From: Nitrososphaeraceae archaeon
Lineage (GTDB): Archaea; Thermoproteota; Nitrososphaeria; Nitrososphaerales; Nitrososphaeraceae
Assembly: GCA_044870765.1 (NCBI GenBank)
Contig: JBIOZG010000054.1
Coordinates: 26,361 to 90,360, forward strand
Reading direction: 5' to 3'
DNA length: 64,000 bases
The position numbers and the translations under genes are program-made. The notes under the pieces were generated by a model that did not search any database, was not told the DNA's origin, and worked only from the letters and a program-made list of their open reading frames with translations. How positions within the stretch are numbered: position 1 is the first letter of the stretch; each line of letters opens with the position of its first letter. Positions 22,270 through 32,146 of the stretch are shown piece by piece.

Positions 22270-23082
22270 TTACATGACCATATTATCTTCTGACTGAGTA
22301 TTCATAGGAATCATACCATCATATAATATTATTAACCCCAGACTGCTCAATATTCCTAAGATAATGAGAACGATTCCAACACATCTTGCGATCCAAATGC
22401 CCCTGGGCCAAATTTTTTCTCCAAAAATTATTGTGGCAAATACACCCATCCATGTGATATTCATCCATCCCAGCGATACCATGATTAGAAAATAAGGCCA
22501 ACAGCACCCTAGGCAATAAAGTCCATGGTATATTCCCATTTTGATTGCACCTGTTATTCCGTTGTTCCATCTCCGCATGAAAAAAGACAATGGAGATTCA
22601 CAATATCCAATACATGTGTTCTTTAAAGATGTGAACTGATATATTCCCGACACAATTAGAATACTGCCAAATATGATACCAAGGCTTTTAGCGTCTTGAA
22701 ACATAACGATACTATTCATAGGAATGGACCAAGCCAAAAGTAATACCAATCCCGTTATGGACCAGATCGCCAGATATATCCCAATAAAAAGCCCGACTTT
22801 AAATGTAGTTAGTCTTGGTTGAAGAGTTTCTGTTGACGAATCTGAATCTGACTGTCTATTTGTAAGGAGCTTACTATAAAGTAAAACGATTGGTACTATT
22901 GCGGGAAACATCATTGCTGCCATTCCAAAAGTCCAACTTACAATAAATAGGACTATCAATAGTGGATTGTAGCTTTTCATGATGTTCATCATTTCTGGTT
23001 GATTTATGGATAGGAACCAAGAAACTCCAGAAATAGTGATAAGTGAAACTAAGATGATTTTTTGCAGGTTATTCATTATCAA
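22270..23082 (-). CDS. DUF2182 predicted metal-binding integral membrane protein
   Basis: GMAAMMFP, GIYQFTSLKNTCIGYCESP, GLYCLGCCW, GWMN and EK motifs. Confidence 0.92.
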   Translation of the reverse strand: MIMNNLQKIILVSLITISGVSWFLSINQPEMMNIMKSYNPLLIVLFIVSWTFGMAAMMFPAIVPIVLLYSKLLTNRQSDSDSSTETLQPRLTTFKVGLFIGIYLAIWSITGLVLLLAWSIPMNSIVMFQDAKSLGIIFGSILIVSGIYQFTSLKNTCIGYCESPLSFFMRRWNNGITGAIKMGIYHGLYCLGCCWPYFLIMVSLGWMNITWMGVFATIIFGEKIWPRGIWIARCVGIVLIILGILSSLGLIILYDGMIPMNTQSEDNMVM

Positions 23083-23330
23083 TGTACACTAGACAAAGAT
23101 TAGAATAAATTTACTCCTTTCAAAGTGTACTACAAGTACTATCCAGAATCCTTATTTTTCTAACGACGTTTAGTAGCTTTTTGAACTCTAACACATGAAA
23201 TATAGCGCTATATTTCAGGAGTGAAACAAAACTACCTTGTTGCGAAACAAAGGTCATAATGTGGGTTTATATGGCGTTTAATACCAATTAATACCAAGAT
23301 ATATATAGTATTTTGTGCAGATCATATTAC

Positions 23331-23861
23331 ATGTCTACAGGCAAGGAAAAAAGTAGAGAAATCTTCAACATCACTTTGGACGAAACAAGATCTACTGTTA
23401 AAAGAACAACGGATGAGGCGATAAAGGAAATTCCAAGATTTACAAAAGCGGTTAACGAATATCAAGAAGAGACAATTCAAGCGACAAAAGATATTGCAGA
23501 TAATTTTCTAGATTCTCAAAAGGAAATTATTCATTCACTGCAATCCTTATGGATTCCATACGTGGAAAATGTGCAAAATTCATACTGGTCATATTGGACA
23601 TCTCCAAAGAGAGTCACAGAGAATTATGCAAGAGCAGTAAGCAATGTTACCGAAAGTACTATAGCCTCAACCAGACTAGCAAATAACGCACTATTTGCAA
23701 CTATGGATGTTTGGAAAACTTCAATGCAGCACACAAGAGACAATGCAAAAGAATTTTCACGATTAAATTCTAATGTCGCAAAGTCATTTGAAAATGTTGC
23801 AAGAGACAGCTTAAGAGATTTTTCAGCCAGAGAAGAAGTACAAGGACACACACGACAATAG
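23331..23861 (+). CDS. Amphipathic helical protein, possibly phasin-like
   Basis: All-helical, Gln/Asn/Thr-rich repeats; TATA-like ATATATAG about 25 nt upstream of the ATG. Confidence 0.6.
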   Translation: MSTGKEKSREIFNITLDETRSTVKRTTDEAIKEIPRFTKAVNEYQEETIQATKDIADNFLDSQKEIIHSLQSLWIPYVENVQNSYWSYWTSPKRVTENYARAVSNVTESTIASTRLANNALFATMDVWKTSMQHTRDNAKEFSRLNSNVAKSFENVARDSLRDFSAREEVQGHTRQ

Positions 23862-24040
23862 GTTAATACCTGATAGATTCGAAATTAATCTATCATTTTT
23901 TATTTCATACTCTATCAGAATGATATCTGATTTTTCATCTTGTGGAATAGGTATCTGAACTGAACTAATAAGCTATTTTGAATAGGAATAAGCTTGACTC
24001 TTTACGATGAACTATAGGCTAGAAATTCAAAGTATTACTC

Positions 24041-25228
24041 ATGAAGATAATTGACGGGATACATGAGAGTAAGGGATATGTCACTAGGATGTCTCCACTG
24101 CGTCATTGTGTTATAGGAAAGGGAGACTATCATTCAAAGAACCCTGAACTTGATTTGAAGCCAAATGAAGTGGTTTTTTCAAACAGGTCAGAATGCTATT
24201 GTATTTCAATTATAGACATAGTTGGTTCTACACAAATTACTTCAAAGCTATATTACTCTGGCAAAATTAAGAAATTCTATACAGTATTTATAAACGAAAT
24301 TGCAGATATTGTCAAACATTATGGCGGAAGAATATTAAAGACTGTAGGAGATGGTGTAATATTTTTCTTTCCTCAAACATCAACAGTTGAGAATATTGAA
24401 CCATTCAAGCAGGCATTAGAGTGCTTACTTAAAATGGTATCATCTCGTCAGATCATAAACGCTAATCTTCATAAAGAATTACTTCCCGAAATTTCATATA
24501 GAATCAGTGCAGATTATGGCAAATTAGAAGTAGCAATGTCTGGTGAAATAAGTAACTCTTATGATCTGTTTGGACCTACCATAAACTTTTGCGCCAAAAT
24601 GAATAGAAGGGCACCACCAAATGGTATAGCCATAGGAGCTGACTTGTGGCGGATCATAAATTCTTTTCCAACACTTGCAAGGCGCTACCACTTTCAAGAA
24701 ATAAAAGAACTATCTTGGAAAGAGAACAGATATTCATATCCAGTATACCTGCTCAAACCACCTACCGAAATATCCATCGATAGAAAGTTAGGACTGTCAG
24801 CAAGAACTGATTCTCTAGTTGAAGCAAGTTCTGGGCCCAAGGTCTTAAGAATAATGCTAATAGATGATGATCCATCCATCTCATTCCTGTTTACACAATA
24901 TCTGAAATCGGCAGGAATGGTTGTTGAACCATTTACTGATCCAGAAAAAGCTCTGGCCCACTTTATAGAATCAGATTATCGTCACTATGATTTGGTCATT
25001 ACCGATATTAGGATGTCTAGTTTGAATGGATTTGAGCTATACCAACAATTAAAGTCCCTTGACCCAAACCTTCGAGTAATATTTGTAACCGCTCTCGACA
25101 TTGCTGAGGAAATAACTACGTTACTGCCTGAAGTAAAGCTGAGCCAATTCATTATCAAGCCGGTAAACCCAAGTGTGCTAATTAATAGCGTTAAACAACA
25201 GGCAAATAGACACATTGATGGAGTATAG
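24041..25228 (+). CDS. Class III nucleotide cyclase fused to a C-terminal receiver (REC) domain
   Basis: IDIVGST, LKTVGDG, YDLFGPTINF; REC motifs IDDD, TDIRM, TA and KP. Confidence 0.9.
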   Translation: MKIIDGIHESKGYVTRMSPLRHCVIGKGDYHSKNPELDLKPNEVVFSNRSECYCISIIDIVGSTQITSKLYYSGKIKKFYTVFINEIADIVKHYGGRILKTVGDGVIFFFPQTSTVENIEPFKQALECLLKMVSSRQIINANLHKELLPEISYRISADYGKLEVAMSGEISNSYDLFGPTINFCAKMNRRAPPNGIAIGADLWRIINSFPTLARRYHFQEIKELSWKENRYSYPVYLLKPPTEISIDRKLGLSARTDSLVEASSGPKVLRIMLIDDDPSISFLFTQYLKSAGMVVEPFTDPEKALAHFIESDYRHYDLVITDIRMSSLNGFELYQQLKSLDPNLRVIFVTALDIAEEITTLLPEVKLSQFIIKPVNPSVLINSVKQQANRHIDGV

Positions 25229-25265
25229 TCGAAGCTATCGAAATTAAGGTAAGTGAAAATAAAAG

Positions 25266-27380
25266 TTGGCCCCTACAACACGAATTATCTTTGGAAAAGG
25301 CAAAGCGATAAATACTGAAGTTGGTATTTTCCATAACGCAGCTACTAGTATTGACACTTGTATGACTTATACTAGACCCTCATTGGCCGTTTCCTTAAAA
25401 CCAATCAAGGATGCATTTTTAGCTGCCAAGAGAGGAGGTATAAAGCTTAGGTATATCACTGAGATCAATCATCATAATTTTGAAGACTGTAAGGAGCTAT
25501 TAGGTATCGTTCATGAATTGAGACATTTAGATGGGGTCAAAACCAATTTCATGATAAGCGAGAAAGAATATCTTGCTCCTTTGATTCAAGAGAAAAGTGA
25601 AGCTATAGCATCAGAACACATCTACAGCAACACGGATCAAATTGTAGAACACGGACAATGTATATTTGATACTCTATGGAGTAAATCCATTCCAGCCGAA
25701 GAAAGAATTAAGCAATTAATGGATGGTGAGGTTGCCCCAGAGACTAAGATAGTGGACAGCGAGGATGAGATTATGAAACATTTCATTCATCTGTCTGAGG
25801 TTTCTTCCGGTCTGTCAGTTGTATCAAACCATGGAGGGATGCAATTAACCTACAACAGCTTTTTGGAATTATGTAAGAAAGTATTAGAAAAACAGAAGAG
25901 AGGAAAAGGGGATGGAATTAGATGGATTATGAGAATTGAAAAAGATAGCATTAATCTAGTCAAAAAGTTTCTAAAACTTGGAGTTAAAATAAGACATGTT
26001 AAAAATTTAGCTCCCATTAATTTTGCGGTTAGTAAACATGGACTAATTGCTACGGTAGAAGAGATCGCTGGTGGAGGAATGATGCAGAATCTATTGACTA
26101 GTAATGAAGTATCCTATATAAAACACTTTACTTCGATGTTTGAGCAATTATGGAAAGAAGGTGTTGATGCACGATACCGAATTAAGGATATCGAAGAAAA
26201 GGTTGGAATTGCAGAGATAGAAATAATTCGGAATCCGATAGATTCCATAGCCCGTGGCTGGGATATGGTAAAATCAGCGCGAAAAGAGATAAATGTATTA
26301 TTTTCCTCCTCGAATGCACTTAAACGACAAATTGCAATGGGAGCATTACCACTCTTGAGAAATGCTTCTGAGAAACAAAAAGTAAAAATAAGAATGCTAC
26401 TTCCATCCTCTGACAGGTCGGATCAGCTTATAGAAGAAACAAAGTCTAATGTTCCTAACATAGATATTAGAACTATAAGTAGCAGCTTAGAGACCAAGAT
26501 CTCCATACTCATAGTAGACAATAAGCAATGTTTGATATTAGAATTAAAGGACGACAAGCAAAATACATCTCACGACGCGGTTGGCTTAGCCACATACTCA
26601 ATTAGCCCTACTATAATATCATCTTATTTGGCAATCTTTGAGAGCTTTTGGAGACAGGCAGAACTTTTTGAAAAGATGAAAGAGGTAGAAATATTAGAAA
26701 AAGACTTTATTAATTTTGCTGCCCATGAATTACGAAATCCCGTTCAACCAATAATCGGTTTTTCAGAATTACTTTATTCAAAGATTGAAAATCAGGAACA
26801 TAGACGTCTGCTTGACGAAGTAATATTGAACGCAAGAAGGCTTGAGAGGCTCGCTCGAGTCATGTTGGATGTAACTCGCATAGAGAACAATTCGTTAATT
26901 CTAACAAAAGAAACCGTTGATACTGCTAAAGTCGTAAAGGATATAGTTGATAGTTATAACCAAAACCTGAGAGAAAAAAATGTAGTTAACAAAAGCAAGA
27001 ATTTGGAGGAATTAATGATAATTCAAAATGGAGTAAAAGACCTGGAGGTTACTTTAGACAAAGTCAGGATAACGCAGGTGATCTGCAATATCCTTGATAA
27101 TGCCTTGAGTTTTAGTCACGAAGGGAAAATAAAAGTTGTACTCAAAAAAGAGAAACGAAACAGACAAAACTTTCTTCTCGTAAGAGTGAAAGATACGGGA
27201 CCAGGTATAGATCCGGAAATCTTGTCTAAATTATTTACAAAATTTGCCTCCAAGTCTGACATGGGAACAGGACTGGGTTTATTCATTTCAAAGGGAATTG
27301 TTGAAGCACACGGAGGAAAGATATGGGCAGAAAATAATCCAAACAGAGGTGCAACATTTAGCTTTATCCTTCCGATCTAG
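25266..27380 (+). CDS. Cytoplasmic sensor histidine kinase
   Basis: H box AAHELRNP, N box NILDNA, DTGPGI, LFTKF and GTGLGL; no TM segment; repeated N-terminal domains. Confidence 0.93.
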   Translation: MAPTTRIIFGKGKAINTEVGIFHNAATSIDTCMTYTRPSLAVSLKPIKDAFLAAKRGGIKLRYITEINHHNFEDCKELLGIVHELRHLDGVKTNFMISEKEYLAPLIQEKSEAIASEHIYSNTDQIVEHGQCIFDTLWSKSIPAEERIKQLMDGEVAPETKIVDSEDEIMKHFIHLSEVSSGLSVVSNHGGMQLTYNSFLELCKKVLEKQKRGKGDGIRWIMRIEKDSINLVKKFLKLGVKIRHVKNLAPINFAVSKHGLIATVEEIAGGGMMQNLLTSNEVSYIKHFTSMFEQLWKEGVDARYRIKDIEEKVGIAEIEIIRNPIDSIARGWDMVKSARKEINVLFSSSNALKRQIAMGALPLLRNASEKQKVKIRMLLPSSDRSDQLIEETKSNVPNIDIRTISSSLETKISILIVDNKQCLILELKDDKQNTSHDAVGLATYSISPTIISSYLAIFESFWRQAELFEKMKEVEILEKDFINFAAHELRNPVQPIIGFSELLYSKIENQEHRRLLDEVILNARRLERLARVMLDVTRIENNSLILTKETVDTAKVVKDIVDSYNQNLREKNVVNKSKNLEELMIIQNGVKDLEVTLDKVRITQVICNILDNALSFSHEGKIKVVLKKEKRNRQNFLLVRVKDTGPGIDPEILSKLFTKFASKSDMGTGLGLFISKGIVEAHGGKIWAENNPNRGATFSFILPI

Positions 27381-27687
27381 CCTTCTAGTAAACAACCTAG
27401 GTCTTGTTTCATGATGATTAATCAAGGTTAGCGATATGGCCAGCGAATTTATCTATTTATAAATAGTGTAGACCATATCGCTTATTCTATATAATCTCAA
27501 TATGACTACCACTATACCTCCTTTGGCTTCATATTGCTTTTAGCCTATGTTTTAATGCCAGTAGAAAAATAACCGAAAGCTCTAAATTGAGTAACACAGT
27601 TTAGCATTCTAACTTTTGATTGGAATACTCAAATAAGTAAGATTGATTATTACCCAACAAAAAGTTACCAATAATGAATCTAACTGA

Positions 27688-27936
27688 ATGATTATGAGCA
27701 ACTCCCAAAACCCAAAGAGTAATGAAAGGATATTTCTATTATGTGACAAGTGCTTCTGGACCGTAACGTGTCTTAACAAGGTTTATCTGAAGAAAATTTT
27801 GGCAAAAAATAATCGATGTCCTAATTGCAGTCAGGACCAGCTGTCCAGTTTTCCGGTAATGCCTAATGATTCGTTTACTTATAGCTACTCTAAAAAACGA
27901 GGCATTGAGCTAAATTTTGGTCTAAGAAGGATATAA
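27688..27936 (+). CDS. Zn-ribbon small protein
   Basis: LCDKCFW...CPNC. Confidence 0.7.
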   Translation: MIMSNSQNPKSNERIFLLCDKCFWTVTCLNKVYLKKILAKNNRCPNCSQDQLSSFPVMPNDSFTYSYSKKRGIELNFGLRRI

Positions 27937-28175
27937 CTATACCCACTGAAATCGAGTTAGACGATAGACTTCATTGCATATAGTAATGCTGTCGAAGTCC
28001 GAATTTCAATGTTGAGATAAGCTAATTTCTACAATCTGAAGATTTAGGTAAAATGAAACAGGTGGAGGAATATTGTTTTTTGTTTGATCTTATGCAGATA
28101 AACCCTCACACCTCTACATGTTACAATTCTTTTATCTTTTGTTGTGCAAATTGATTATAGGTAAAGCACCAAGAG

Positions 28176-28243
28176 AACACCGTTTCATGACTGGTGGGTC
28201 TTACATTTATACCACCTATTGAATAGACCCACCAGTTTACTTA
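28176..28243. repeat. Dispersed hairpin element, copy 1
   Basis: 12-bp perfect stem ACTGGTGGGTCT (28190-28201) / AGACCCACCAGT (28225-28236); flanks similar to 61029-61092. Confidence 0.75.
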
Positions 28244-28441
28244 TCGACGTAAATCGTTGATATGAGCATTGTTGTCTACCTACAATGCTTGGTATTTTAT
28301 TCAGGCACATCAAATCGATATGATTCTTTAATATCCTGTAACCTGCCTTGAGGATTCATATTGGAAACAGCACGGGATTCGGAGTAGGATTGTGGCTTTA
28401 AGTCATTAAGTGATATAACCTATTATGAACAAAGAGCAGTA

Positions 28442-28567
28442 ATGAGCAGTGCAGACGATCTGTGTGCATTTTGTCATCACCAACGGATTGGTCACAGGAA
28501 TGACCTTGGAGAGCAGAACTCAACTTGTTCTTGGCCTAATTGTGGCTGCAAGGAATTTATCGAATGA
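28442..28567 (+). CDS. 41-aa Cys/His Zn-binding microprotein (not in ORF track)
   Basis: MSSADDLCAFCHHQRIGH...CSWPNCGCKEFIE. Confidence 0.7.
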   Translation: MSSADDLCAFCHHQRIGHRNDLGEQNSTCSWPNCGCKEFIE

Positions 28568-28769
28568 ATTTAGTCGATCATATTAAGAACAGTACCGTTA
28601 CCAATAACCTAACATAGCATATGGGGCGATAATGGGTGATTTGACTGACCGCAACATGTATACCTTAAATTAGTTAGTATTATCTACCAAAGATTGAAAC
28701 GTTTGATGACACAAATTCCAATAGGTCATGAGATACTCTTATTACGTGGATGGTCCCTGAAAAGAAATA

Positions 28770-29573
28770 TTGAAAAGGACCAGCGACTTGTTGATTCATC
28801 CCGGAGAGGATTTGAATCTTTCTGACTTTGATCCTGATAATACATTTGGCAAGAGTCAGGAGGATATTAATGGCGAGCTGCCGAAGCTAAGATCATTAAT
28901 GGCAGAAATGCAATACAAACTTTATATCGAAAATGAAAAATCACTTTTAGTTATTCTTCAAGGCATGGACACTTCAGGTAAGGACGGAGTAATAAGGCAT
29001 GTGATAACTGCTTTTAATCCAGTTTCCTGCACTGTCAAGTCTTTCAAGGTGCCCACGCCAGAAGAATTAGCACACGACTTTTTATGGCGAGTCCATGAAG
29101 TCGTACCTAGGAATGGCTTTGTAGGAGTGTTCAATCGTTCTCATTATGAGGATGTAGTAGCGGTTCGCGTCCATCACTTGATATCTGAATCTACGTGTTT
29201 CAAAAGATTTAATCAAATTAAGCATTTTGAAATAATGCTTACAGAGAATAAGGTAAGAATATTAAAGTTCTTCTTACACATAAGTAAACAAGAGCAAAAG
29301 AAAAGACTTGCTGACAGGTTGTCAGACCCCGAAAAACGATGGAAATTCAACAAAGAAGATATTAAAAAGCGAAAAAAATGGGGAGAGTATATGCGCGCAT
29401 ATGCTGACGCAATTAGCAACTGTAGCGTGGAACAAGCTCCCTGGCATGTAATTCCAGCTAATAAAAAATGGTTTAGAAATTGGGCAGTAGCAAAGATTAT
29501 AACAGATACGTTGACACAAATGAAAATAAAATATCCCAAAACTGGTTCTGATTATAAAAACATCAAAATTTGA
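28770..29573 (+). CDS. ppk2: Polyphosphate kinase 2 (class III-like)
   Basis: QGMDTSGKDG Walker A, SFKVPT.EELAHDFLWR, FNRSHYE, KFFLHIS. Confidence 0.93.
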   Translation: MKRTSDLLIHPGEDLNLSDFDPDNTFGKSQEDINGELPKLRSLMAEMQYKLYIENEKSLLVILQGMDTSGKDGVIRHVITAFNPVSCTVKSFKVPTPEELAHDFLWRVHEVVPRNGFVGVFNRSHYEDVVAVRVHHLISESTCFKRFNQIKHFEIMLTENKVRILKFFLHISKQEQKKRLADRLSDPEKRWKFNKEDIKKRKKWGEYMRAYADAISNCSVEQAPWHVIPANKKWFRNWAVAKIITDTLTQMKIKYPKTGSDYKNIKI

Positions 29574-29802
29574 ATATTATTTCTGGAATATTACGAATTT
29601 ATTGTTCGCAAAATTGATATGCAGAGTTATAAGCATGTATCAGAAGGCCGTTATAAGGAACAATTTGTCATAAGCTATCGCACATATGTACTTTTCTCAA
29701 AGACTTTGTAACACTAATAAATATAACCATTACCATTATCATGATACTACGATACATTAAAAAGAAGTATAAATCCAAGATATAAGACGACTTGATTTTG
29801 AA

Positions 29803-31341
29803 ATGACGCACCCTCAAAATGGTAACAATAAATCAAATCCATCGCCTGCCTTTAATCAAAAAGTGACTAAAAAAGCGTGGATGTCACTAGCGATATTGGG
29901 TTCGGCGCTTTTGATAGCAATGTATGGAGAAACAATGTTACTACCTGCGATACCTGATATAATTAAGGAATTTAATATCAGTTATAGTACCTCATCATGG
30001 ATTCTCTCGGCATATCTAATAGCTGGTGCCGTGTCCACTCCAGTCGCAGGTAAGCTTTCTGATATCTATGGCAGAAAAAAAATGGTAATGATTATTATGA
30101 TCATTTATATCGTTGGTATTAGTTTGGGTGGACTTTCAACCAATATTACATTTCTGATAGTTGCCAGGGTAATCCAAGGAATTGGCATCTCTATGTTCCC
30201 AATTGCTTTTGGTATTATACGAGATCAGTTTCCAAAAGAGAAGCTAGCAATAGGCGTCGGTGTATTCAGCTCTATGTTCGCAGCTGGTTCTGTGATTGGA
30301 TTGGCCCTGGGAGCAAATATAATTGAGCATTTTGGCTGGCGAACTACATTCTTTTCAATCGTATTTGTTGCAATTGGCTTATGGTTTGTTATTAGGAGAT
30401 ATATTCATGACAGTACAGATTCCACAGATATGATTGAATCACTGGAGTCGAAAATTCCTGTTCCCTCAAAAGATAAGAAAATAAAAATTGCTCAGGAGGC
30501 AAACATAATTACTAACTCTAAAAATATAGATATAAAAGGAACAATAACCCTAGCAGTCACGATAATTTCGTTTTTAATGATTCTATCATATTCACAGACT
30601 AATGGCATTGAAAATCCTCATTTGTATGTGTTCATGGTGGTCGGCGTTGCATCGTTGGTACTTTTCGTGTTTATAGAAAAGCGATCAAATTCACCCTTGG
30701 TTAATTTCCAATTGATGACGAATAAAGTGATTCTTTCGGCTAACATCATTCTTGTTATTGCCTTTCTGTCTATGTTTACAGTTTTTCAAACTATACCTGT
30801 GTTAGTAAGGAGTCCTCAGCCATTGGGATTTGGAGAAAGCGTCATAACGACTGCAAGTATTCAACTTCCATTCATGATTGTATTTTTATTATTCGCTCCT
30901 TCTTCGGGATTTATAGTTTCCAAATTAGGTAATGTGAAACCAACTATTATTGGAAGTACAGTGAGTACTATAGGATTTTTTAGCCTTTTCCTTTTTCACT
31001 CAAATGGGATTGTCGTTTCTACAAACCTGGCTATAATCGCGGGAGGTTTGTCATTAATGCAAGTCGGTGGTTTTGATATCATACTACAATCTACACCCCG
31101 AAGGTTCAGTGGAATATCTCTTGGAATGACTGTTCTCTTTACTCTTATTGGAGCTTCGGTCGGACCGGCTGTTGCAGGACTCTTCATGCAGACAAATCAA
31201 GTATTCATAAAAGATTTAGCTGGTTGGTTTCCCTCACCAGATTCATACAATCTAATATTTCTAACTATAGCTTTAATGTCATTGGTTCCAGTAGTATTGG
31301 CAATTTTCATAAAGAGATTGCCCTTGCAAAGTTCTGATTGA
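29803..31341 (+). CDS. MFS transporter (14-TM drug/H+ antiporter-like)
   Basis: GKLSDIYGRKK motif A and ARVIQGIG. Confidence 0.92.
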   Translation: MTHPQNGNNKSNPSPAFNQKVTKKAWMSLAILGSALLIAMYGETMLLPAIPDIIKEFNISYSTSSWILSAYLIAGAVSTPVAGKLSDIYGRKKMVMIIMIIYIVGISLGGLSTNITFLIVARVIQGIGISMFPIAFGIIRDQFPKEKLAIGVGVFSSMFAAGSVIGLALGANIIEHFGWRTTFFSIVFVAIGLWFVIRRYIHDSTDSTDMIESLESKIPVPSKDKKIKIAQEANIITNSKNIDIKGTITLAVTIISFLMILSYSQTNGIENPHLYVFMVVGVASLVLFVFIEKRSNSPLVNFQLMTNKVILSANIILVIAFLSMFTVFQTIPVLVRSPQPLGFGESVITTASIQLPFMIVFLLFAPSSGFIVSKLGNVKPTIIGSTVSTIGFFSLFLFHSNGIVVSTNLAIIAGGLSLMQVGGFDIILQSTPRRFSGISLGMTVLFTLIGASVGPAVAGLFMQTNQVFIKDLAGWFPSPDSYNLIFLTIALMSLVPVVLAIFIKRLPLQSSD

Positions 31342-31453
31342 ACCATGACAAAATCGAATAGAAATTAAAATAAAGGAATATGTAATGACAACATTAGTTA
31401 CTGGATGCGCAGTAACAACGAATATTGTAATAATATTGTTATTTTTATTACAA

Positions 31454-31702
31454 TTATTCCATTAGATCAAGCATTAATTTCAGATCTGATATTTCTTTTT
31501 TGAGAACGTTAATGTCAAAAATATCAGTAGTATATTTATAAAGTAGCTCGCATGCGCGAATCTGTGCCAATAATATATCCTTCTTGTTTATATAAAGTGA
31601 GTGACAAAACTCAATAGTAGAATATGCTATCTTTCTCTTGTGGACTGAGCCACAAAGCTTGGCATCGATTTGGATCAAGTATTCATGATCTGTTAGATTC
31701 AT
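31454..31702 (-). CDS. Hypothetical protein
   Basis: ATG-started helical protein-like ORF. Confidence 0.55.
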   Translation of the reverse strand: MNLTDHEYLIQIDAKLCGSVHKRKIAYSTIEFCHSLYINKKDILLAQIRACELLYKYTTDIFDINVLKKEISDLKLMLDLME

Positions 31703-32146
31703 CTATTTATGATCAACTCAAATCGATTTGAATCTTCCAATCCTAACTCTAGCCTTCTGCTCATTCATATTGTGCAATAATAATTAGAATGTATCACCTC
31801 ATCCATTTTATTACAATTTTTACACGTCCATGAAACAGATTCTTTACAAAATTTGCAAATGGCGGATGGTATCAAACTAGAACCGCACATTTTGCATGAA
31901 TTTCTATTGAACATATTAAGAAATATAAGTATTATTCTTATTAGGATTATGGATATTGATCTTATTGATCCTATTGACCTATATTGAATATATGCTTATA
32001 TCGAGTTTTCGAGCTTTTGTTTTTTCATTTAAATATTTGTACCACAAGCTTTTAACTACTAAAAATTTAAAGATTAGATTAGATATGACTGAGGCTCCGT
32101 ACTTGTGTTACGATTTCACTATTAAAATTCAAAGATTGAAGTAGAT

